From Candidatus Latescibacterota bacterium (GTDB taxonomy: Bacteria; Latescibacterota; UBA2968; UBA8231), in NCBI GenBank assembly GCA_965200315.1, contig OZ241362.1, positions 3,744,001 to 3,808,000 of the forward strand: DNA of 64,000 nucleotides. The letters are read 5' to 3'. Position numbers and translations under genes: made by a program. Positions 36,242 through 43,559 of this stretch are shown here, in pieces (position 1 is the stretch's first letter; every line of letters starts with the position of its first letter). Under the pieces are notes generated by a model. That model ran no database searches and was not told the DNA's origin. It saw only the letters and a list, made by a program, of their open reading frames with translations.

Positions 36242-38213
36242 GTCTCCCCTCGTTTCGGCGGGGGGAGCGGATTGAAACGAATACAAGCTCTCGCGGGCGC
36301 GTGTTCGGCGCCAGTCTCCCCTCGTTTCGGCGGGGGGAGCGGATTGAAACGAAAGCGGCTTCCCTACTTCGTACGTGATCCCCATGTCTCCCCTCGTTTC
36401 GGCGGGGGGAGCGGATTGAAACCAACGTCCACAACGGCCGTATGGCCCCTTACAGCGTCTCCCCTCGTTTCGGCGGGGGGAGCGGATTGAAACTTAGGGA
36501 TGTACCGGGTCCGTAGTGGGTACTACATGTCTCCCCTCGTTTCGGCGGGGGGAGCGGATTGAAACACATAGCGCGCAACTATACGGATGAGAACAAGCGG
36601 TCTCCCCTCGTTTCGGCGGGGGGAGCGGATTGAAACTACGTGGACGCCCGTCGGGTCATGGACCGACTTGAGTCTCCCCTCGTTTCGGCGGGGGGAGCGG
36701 ATTGAAACAGCCACAACCCGAGAGGATAGGAGATTGATATGCCGTCTCCCCTCGTTTCGGCGGGGGGAGCGGATTGAAACTACATCGAGCAGGGGATTAA
36801 AGAGCACCAACCTAGTCTCCCCTCGTTTCGGCGGGGGGAGCGGATTGAAACAGACAGCACTTGCCCGATTTAAAACGGCTAACGCGTCTCCCCTCGTTTC
36901 GGCGGGGGGAGCGGATTGAAACAAGTACGGCTACCACCCATAGGAAGGAGATTGAAGTCTCCCCTCGTTTCGGCGGGGGGAGCGGATTGAAACACCTCGG
37001 CGGTAGCCGCCCAGCGCATAGCCGAGGCGTCTCCCCTCGTTTCGGCGGGGGGAGCGGATTGAAACGAGGATGCTAACTACATCATCCGTTGCCCGATCAC
37101 GTCTCCCCTCGTTTCGGCGGGGGGAGCGGATTGAAACATACGTCAGCCCCGACGCCTTCAACTCCTTGAAGGTCTCCCCTCGTTTCGGCGGGGGGAGCGG
37201 ATTGAAACTATCAGCGGTCGATTGTCCACCTGCTGGATATCGGTCTCCCCTCGTTTCGGCGGGGGGAGCGGATTGAAACTCCCTAGTATCCAACTAGCTG
37301 TACTCTCGTGCCCATGTCTCCCCTCGTTTCGGCGGGGGGAGCGGATTGAAACCTATGTCCTACTACTCCCTACCTCCCATTATTAGGTCTCCCCTCGTTT
37401 CGGCGGGGGGAGCGGATTGAAACGTAGCGTGGTGGGCCTCATCGACGACGATCAGCCGTCTCCCCTCGTTTCGGCGGGGGGAGCGGATTGAAACCCTAGC
37501 TCCCATTCATTAGGCCGCGCCGACAGCGCGTCTCCCCTCGTTTCGGCGGGGGGAGCGGATTGAAACCGCACACGCGCATACATGCACGTGCACACGCACA
37601 GTCTCCCCTCGTTTCGGCGGGGGGAGCGGATTGAAACCGTTGGAGCAGGCCGAGCGTGCGGCGTATGCCGCGTCTCCCCTCGTTTCGGCGGGGGGAGCGG
37701 ATTGAAACGCATACGAGCGGATGGCTAGCAACCGAGACCCTAAGTCTCCCCTCGTTTCGGCGGGGGGAGCGGATTGAAACGCATACGAGCGGATGGCTAG
37801 CAACCGAGACCCTAAGTCTCCCCTCGTTTCGGCGGGGGGAGCGGATTGAAACGCATACGCCGCGGCCGTTGACGCTATGTCGACCATGTCTCCCCTCGTT
37901 TCGGCGGGGGGAGCGGATTGAAACCATGCGCTCGGCGATCTCCAAAGCCTCGGCGCAATGGTCTCCCCTCGTTTCGGCGGGGGGAGCGGATTGAAACTAT
38001 GGCGGACCTTGCCGGCGGCGATGTGCGCGCGGGTCTCCCCTCGTTTCGGCGGGGGGAGCGGATTGAAACATCGTGTCGCGGAAGCTCTCGCCTACGCCCT
38101 GCCTGTCTCCCCTCGTTTCGGCGGGGGGAGCGGATTGAAACTATCAGGGGGTGCTTTCGGATGCGGCCCAAGCACTGGTCTCCCCTCGTTTCGGAGGAGG
38201 CAGTGTACGAAAC
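36242..38213 (+). CRISPR. Type I-C CRISPR array: 27 identical 37-nt repeats, 1 degenerate terminal repeat, 27 spacers of 34-36 nt
   Basis: Repeat GTCTCCCCTCGTTTCGGCGGGGGGAGCGGATTGAAAC (10-bp stem, TTCG loop, 11-nt 3' tail), counted manually. The terminal repeat 38178-38213 is degenerate. Confidence 0.99.
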
Positions 38214-38218
38214 GAAAC

Positions 38219-38551
38219 CTAAGTGAGGTTTAGCCAATTTTGCAAAGATAAAATCAGTGTCGGTTGATCTTTCTGCGTGAGGTGCCCCACTTTCTTGAGG
38301 ATCAAGTTCTGATGGATAGTATAGATCCCTCGTTTAACAGCCGACGCGACATTGAGCCCTGATTGTTCCCAATTCTCAAGCACAAACTCACTTGGCAGCA
38401 GGTTCGTTATTTTACTGGTGAGAGGAACGATAAAAACATCTTGAGAAATATGCGGCGCACTTACAATAATAGCCGGACGTACTTTGAATGCACTCAAATC
38501 AGAAAAGGGATAACGAACAAGCACAACATCATTCGTCGAGTAATCGGGCAT
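38219..38551 (-). CDS. PemK/MazF family toxin
   Basis: DVVLVRYPFSD...KVRPAIIVS, IVPLTSK and GLNVAS motifs; AT-rich. Confidence 0.9.
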   Translation of the reverse strand: MPDYSTNDVVLVRYPFSDLSAFKVRPAIIVSAPHISQDVFIVPLTSKITNLLPSEFVLENWEQSGLNVASAVKRGIYTIHQNLILKKVGHLTQKDQPTLILSLQNWLNLT

Positions 38552-38729
38552 ACACATCGCCCTCTTTATTGTCCCAAATCTGTTTCAGAGTTTCCTCGCT
38601 AGCTTCCTGCCAGAAAGTATCATCGTCGGGCAACATAGTTATCAGCACCTTTTTTCCCTCGGGTAACTCAATGTGCTCTAAAGTTTCGATTTTGCCGTTT
38701 TTAACAATGGCCAAAGCAGTATTGAGCAT
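38529..38729 (-). CDS. Cognate antitoxin (AF2212/DUF104-like)
   Basis: AIVKNGKIE.LE.IELPEG.KVLIT motif and acidic WDN..GDVY tail; overlaps the toxin start. Confidence 0.75.
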   Translation of the reverse strand: MLNTALAIVKNGKIETLEHIELPEGKKVLITMLPDDDTFWQEASEETLKQIWDNKEGDVYARLLDE

Positions 38730-38773
38730 AGCAGCTCCTTCTCTGTGTCCAAACTACTGTTAGTATTAAAATG

Positions 38774-38871
38774 GTTTCCTGTCGTTTGGTAGTCAAAGAG
38801 GGGCCCTCCAAGGTCTCCCCTCGTTTTCTCGCCTAAAGGCGAGGTAAAGCGACAAGGAATCGGATTGAAAC
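38774..38871 (+). repeat. Orphan structured CRISPR-repeat derivative
   Basis: Contains the exact repeat 5' 14-mer (38813-38826) and the exact 3' 11-mer CGGATTGAAAC (38861-38871), plus extra hairpins. Confidence 0.8.
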
Positions 38872-39767
38872 TATACCTTCCGATCCTCTTCCTGTTGCAA
38901 CGCGTACAAAGACGTATAGCCCCCCGACCAATCCGGCGGGATGAGACAAGGCCGCGGGTCGTGATAGGCCCAACGCGCCGCTTTGCCCCGCACAATAGCC
39001 CCCGAATACTGCGGGCTGTTCAAAGGGTTGACCGTATAGGGAAAAGCGTCGGCTGCCGAGTAGATGTTGAGCAACAAGGGACGCCCCTTGGGCGATAAAT
39101 TCTTCTTAGACCCATGCACGGTGCGGCAATTGTGGATGGTGATGGAGCCAGCCGGCCCGGCCATGTACTCGACGCGGTCGAGATCAACTTGGGGCATATC
39201 CTGCCCGGCGATACAGCCGACCCATTGCCCAGCGGCATTGTACTGATCGAACAAAGGCCCGTTGTGGCTGCCGGCGATCCCGGCCAAAGGCCCTTGATCG
39301 TCGCCGACGTCATAGAGGTACGTGCCGATGGTCAAGGGGCTATAATTGGTATGCGGCCAATACGTTATATCCTGGTGCCACTTGACCTCTTCGCCGCCTT
39401 CGGACCACTTGAAATTCAATTTGGAATGGTGGTACTTGACGTCCGGGCCGACCAGATCGGCGGCCACGTCAGCCACAACCGACTGAGCGGCAAATTCCCA
39501 ATAGACCGGATGTTGGTCCACCGGGCTGGTAAGGCGTCGCAGGCGGGGCTTGTCGGCCGTGTGGTCGGGCTCCAGATCGAAGACCGCGTCCGATTGGCTC
39601 AGGCCGCGACTGCGCTCGACCATTTCGTCGGTGACGGCCAACAAGCGATCAATCCACTCCGGCCCGATGAGATTTTCGACCAACAGAAAGCCCTTGTCGA
39701 AGTAGGATTGCCGCTGCTTTTGGGTGAGGATCTTGGGAGGGTGCTCCAGAATTTGTTCGGGCGTCAT
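38871..39767 (-). CDS. Phytanoyl-CoA dioxygenase family protein
   Basis: KLNFK, WHQD..YWPHTN and HGS motifs. Confidence 0.92.
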   Translation of the reverse strand: MTPEQILEHPPKILTQKQRQSYFDKGFLLVENLIGPEWIDRLLAVTDEMVERSRGLSQSDAVFDLEPDHTADKPRLRRLTSPVDQHPVYWEFAAQSVVADVAADLVGPDVKYHHSKLNFKWSEGGEEVKWHQDITYWPHTNYSPLTIGTYLYDVGDDQGPLAGIAGSHNGPLFDQYNAAGQWVGCIAGQDMPQVDLDRVEYMAGPAGSITIHNCRTVHGSKKNLSPKGRPLLLNIYSAADAFPYTVNPLNSPQYSGAIVRGKAARWAYHDPRPCLIPPDWSGGYTSLYALQQEEDRKV

Positions 39768-39971
39768 GGTCCTGTCTCCTCTGCGTTGTAACAACTCAAT
39801 GGGTTCGGCGAGCACGTAATGCTAGCGAATTCGCACACACGGCTCAAGCAAAGAATCCTACCCAATACGCAATTCGGTAGGGCCTAATGGCGGTTTCGCT
39901 GCGGAAGCGCTAGTTTTTAATTGGAACTTCTGAATACGTCATTTAAGTAGGGTCACCCGTTGGATTGAAAC

Positions 39972-41267
39972 ATGAACTCAGAACACCACACCGTCATCGT
40001 CGTCGGCGGCGGCCCCGCGGGCCTGCCTTTAGCGGTCGTCTTGGGCGGCTGGCATCCTTTCTTCCGCAACAGCCGCATGTTTGCCACACGCTACGCGCCC
40101 CTAGCCGGATACTTGCAGCAGTTCGACCGCACCCTGTTGGGGCTAGACATGCAGTATCTCGTGCAGAGCGGCATCAAGCCCGTCGATCTGTTTCGCACCT
40201 TGCACCACCCGCGCCAGCTCTTTGAGGAACTGGACCAAGTCGCCATGGACTTTCGGCGCGGCGAGCCGCTTGATGTGCTGCTCATCAGCCGCGAGCCGGT
40301 CGGCGGCTTGTGGAACCGAGCGCCGCAAAACCTGCTGACCTTGTCGCCGGGCCAGTGGATGGAGTTTGCCTTTTATCCGCTGGCGCAACACGCCGCAGAA
40401 GTCGGGCGCACCTTAGACGTCAACGCCCTAATCCTCAAGACCGATCTGATTGACTACTATCACCGTGTGCCTGAGCGCTTTGGGGTGGCAGAGCGCATTC
40501 GCACCTTTGAGGAGGTCGAGCGGATTGAACCGCACGAAAGGGGCTTTCAGCTTGCCAGTCGGCACGTGCAAACGGGCGTTGAGCAGCACTACACTTGTAA
40601 GTACCTCGTCTTAGCAACCGGCCAGCGCGGTCGGTTGCGCTCCCTCGGCGTGGAGGGCGAGGACTGGCCTTTTGTCACCGCGCACTACGACAAGCCCGCA
40701 GACTTCCCCGGCGAGCGGGTGTTGGTCGTCGGCGGCGGGCGCTCGGGCGATTGGGCCGCGACCGAATTGCACGACGCCGGCAAGCAAGTGTACTACGCCA
40801 TGCGCCAAGGGCCAGCGGTCCATTGGCAGCTCATCAACGACAGCCGCCACGGGCTGCCCTATTACCAGCGCATCGCCGCAATCCTCGAAAGCCGCTCGCC
40901 CCGGCTCAAAACCTTGTATCACACCCATCTGACGCAGATTGCAGAGGACGGACGGGTCGGGCTGAAAAGTCCCGAGGGAAGCCAAGTGGTGGAGGTCGAT
41001 CACGTAATCAAGGAAATCGGCGGCACGGCCGACTATTCGATCTTGCAGGGCTTGGCACCGCTGACCCTGACGCCCATGCGCGACAACTACCGATTCCAAG
41101 TCGAGCAAGCCCAGACCCACGCCCACAGCTACGAGTCGATTGACGTTCCCAATCTCTATCTCGGCGGCTATCTCGCGGCCGGGATCGGACTCGTCGTCAT
41201 CGCCATGCACGGGACGACTTATGCGATTGCCGGGGATATTCTCCAAAAAGAGGGGCGGTGCTTGTAA
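39972..41267 (+). CDS. FAD/NAD(P)-dependent oxidoreductase, OSGIN-like
   Basis: Two Rossmann motifs (VGGGPAG, VGGGRSG), plus GGLW...LTLSPGQWM and ATG motifs. Confidence 0.85.
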   Translation: MNSEHHTVIVVGGGPAGLPLAVVLGGWHPFFRNSRMFATRYAPLAGYLQQFDRTLLGLDMQYLVQSGIKPVDLFRTLHHPRQLFEELDQVAMDFRRGEPLDVLLISREPVGGLWNRAPQNLLTLSPGQWMEFAFYPLAQHAAEVGRTLDVNALILKTDLIDYYHRVPERFGVAERIRTFEEVERIEPHERGFQLASRHVQTGVEQHYTCKYLVLATGQRGRLRSLGVEGEDWPFVTAHYDKPADFPGERVLVVGGGRSGDWAATELHDAGKQVYYAMRQGPAVHWQLINDSRHGLPYYQRIAAILESRSPRLKTLYHTHLTQIAEDGRVGLKSPEGSQVVEVDHVIKEIGGTADYSILQGLAPLTLTPMRDNYRFQVEQAQTHAHSYESIDVPNLYLGGYLAAGIGLVVIAMHGTTYAIAGDILQKEGRCL

Positions 41268-41397
41268 CTTTTCCCCGCCGCTGTCACTGCCCGAAGCGGG
41301 TGGTGCAGGTGCGCGAACCAGACCAGCGAGTGCAGTTTTAAGGGCGCACCGAAATTGTTGACGCGCAAAAATTGGGAGATGCAAAGGTTCATAGCTT

Positions 41398-42546
41398 TCA
41401 CTTTGCGGATGTTTGATAGGGCAATGGTTTTGGATCGAGCCATTCTACAATTCGATCTTTTATCGCCCAAGCAAAGAAGAAATTCCCGCGCGGCGTGTGA
41501 TGCCCGATATAATACGGTGCCAAAAACGTCTGTACATCCCCTCGATATGTCGCGTATTCTTCCCGAAAAGCATCGCGCAAATCGATCATTGGTACGTCCT
41601 TTGTCGCCAACCAATCCAAAAACGTCTGATCAAAAAGCGGCTCGCCCTTCAGGGCATTCGCTACATTGTGCGAACCAAATGACAAAATTACCAGCAGCTT
41701 TTTTCCATTGGCCTTTGTAAACGCCTCGGCCTTTTCAATCACAAACCGCGTTGCAAACAGAGCCGCTTCGGTATGCAGGCTATAAACCTCGGCATCTGAT
41801 CCCGCATTCTCCAGCTCTCCCCCCATACTTTGCGCCATTGCCGACGCATCTTCCACACTGCCCTTGCGCGCCATGACCGCGTGCAAAATCGGATCGTCGC
41901 CAAAAGTCTCCCACACCCAATCCGCATCGCATAACCGATAAAGTTCTTCGGGAGTCTTACACAAATTCTCGCGCTCTTCCACAGTTCCGCTTTCCAGATT
42001 CACGCACAAATGCGGCAGCGTAAACCGCCCCTGTCGTCCCATGCGAATGGACCGCCACGCATCCAAATTGCGAAAGTGATCGTCGTCCCACACGTTCAAA
42101 ATTACGTATTCGGCCGGATATTCCCTCTCCACAATTAACATTCGCCGATACGCCTGATACACACTGTGCCCGCCAATGCCGTAATTGCGAACGGGCTCCA
42201 GCAAATGCGCGGCCAAATACTCCTGCCATGTCTCCCCATTGCTAACCTGATCGCAATGCGTAAAGCTATTTCCATACGTATGGATGCGACACGGACGATC
42301 CGCGTAATTGACCGCTTGCCGCGCACCGTCTTTCTCGTACGCGTAAAACCCGCGCGAATCATCTACACCTCCACCGCGAAACCCATCACAAACCACCCAT
42401 CCGATCTCGGGATCAAACGCCGACTGTGCATTATTACACATAATCCTCGCCAACCCTGCCGGCACATCGGTCTTCTCAGGCGTCACAAAATGATCCACCA
42501 TCTGGCGAGTTGGCATAATCGATTCCAAATATTCGCGTCTTGGCAT
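41398..42546 (-). CDS. Hypothetical SGNH/GDSL-hydrolase-like protein
   Basis: GNSFTH, NYGIGG and GHHTPRGN blocks; lower GC than its flanks. Confidence 0.7.
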   Translation of the reverse strand: MPRREYLESIMPTRQMVDHFVTPEKTDVPAGLARIMCNNAQSAFDPEIGWVVCDGFRGGGVDDSRGFYAYEKDGARQAVNYADRPCRIHTYGNSFTHCDQVSNGETWQEYLAAHLLEPVRNYGIGGHSVYQAYRRMLIVEREYPAEYVILNVWDDDHFRNLDAWRSIRMGRQGRFTLPHLCVNLESGTVEERENLCKTPEELYRLCDADWVWETFGDDPILHAVMARKGSVEDASAMAQSMGGELENAGSDAEVYSLHTEAALFATRFVIEKAEAFTKANGKKLLVILSFGSHNVANALKGEPLFDQTFLDWLATKDVPMIDLRDAFREEYATYRGDVQTFLAPYYIGHHTPRGNFFFAWAIKDRIVEWLDPKPLPYQTSAK

Positions 42547-42728
42547 CGCGAGCTCCTTTTCCCTATTCCGGTTGCGGTTTGGTTCCCGCCAAAACCGCTG
42601 CCGGAGTCGTGCCAACAACGGTGTCATATTATTGTCTAGCGACTTGAGAGAGGACCCAAATGGTGCCTAATTTTTCCCATCCATTTGCTTTATTGCTGCC
42701 CGGAACTCGAAAGGAGATCCTCACTTCC

Positions 42729-43277
42729 ATGAATAATCTCAGGTATTCTCTCGCAGTCTTCTGCACACTTGCCCTGTTGCCCGCCCGCGGCTCCGCCGAC
42801 GAAGAGAGTGTACGGTCTGCCGTGATGGATCATTATCGAGCTTTTGCCGCCAAAAATCACGAAATACTGGGGCGCAGTTTTGCGCCGGGCTATACCATTT
42901 TCTCCTCATCTGGCGGTCTGCTCCGCGAAGGGTTCGATGGGGACCGCATGAAGTCCGGGTTCAAGGCCGGACTCACGTTCAACCTCAAACCCCGGCATAT
43001 CGAGGTGCAACTCTTCGAGAATACCGCTGTGGTGACAGGGTATCTGGATGCCAGAATCTCTAAGAAAAAAGAACGCAGTCGAATGCATACACTTCGTCTC
43101 TCCAGCGTGTGGGTCAAGCAGGCAGGAGGATGGCACCTTGCCCACGAGCACTTGTCGAGGTTGGTGCTGCGTTCCACATCTCCACCTGCTCGGCAGTCAG
43201 AAACAGTGGTTCAGGAGGATAAGCAAGGTATTGACTTTGAGACTTGGCTACTGACGTTTGCTGATATTCTGTTCTGA
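42729..43277 (+). CDS. Secreted NTF2/SnoaL-like (DUF4440) protein
   Basis: Signal peptide; NTAVVTG and SSVWVKQAGGWHLAHEH motifs. Confidence 0.8.
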   Translation: MNNLRYSLAVFCTLALLPARGSADEESVRSAVMDHYRAFAAKNHEILGRSFAPGYTIFSSSGGLLREGFDGDRMKSGFKAGLTFNLKPRHIEVQLFENTAVVTGYLDARISKKKERSRMHTLRLSSVWVKQAGGWHLAHEHLSRLVLRSTSPPARQSETVVQEDKQGIDFETWLLTFADILF

Positions 43278-43304
43278 TGCAGCACCCAATGGGCTACGTG
43301 CCAG

Positions 43305-43557
43305 TCAATATGAGAACGGCATCCGCAGCGGCGCCGTCCTTGCCGCCCTGTCGTACCACCCCTGAGCTGCGTAGTCGCTCATGTGGAGGTAGCACTTGAT
43401 GTTGACCTCCACCGTCCCTTCCGAAAACGTCAACAACCGGCTCATCGAAACATTCCTGTGGCCGTGCTCGAAATGGCCGCCACATTGACGAATTGGCACG
43501 AGCCAGATCCGTACCCACGTGTGCATCCCCACCCGCCCACAGCTTGAACGTTTTCAT
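43305..43557 (-). pseudogene. Internally deleted metallophosphoesterase-like gene
   Basis: N-terminus MKTFKLWAGGDAHVGTDL (DxH motif) is joined out of frame to a C-terminal stretch SRLLTFSEG...CYLH...QGWY. Confidence 0.6.
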
Positions 43558-43559
43558 CC

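Noticed and set aside
37638-37863. Spacers 20 and 23 share GCATACGCCGC on opposite strands
   Set aside because: The match is only 11 nt and the flanks disagree, so it is likely coincidental.
38150-38160. Spacer 27 shares GTGCTTTCGGA with the cas leader near 28039
   Set aside because: An 11-nt match outside the seed with no PAM context is expected by chance across 27 spacers.
36095-38237. Many 60-150 aa ORFs across the array
   Set aside because: Artefacts of stop-free repeat frames.
39858-39882. CCTACCCAAT...ATTCGGTAGG hairpin, REP-like
   Set aside because: Single short copy with no RAYT transposase. It cannot be distinguished from an operator or a chance hairpin.
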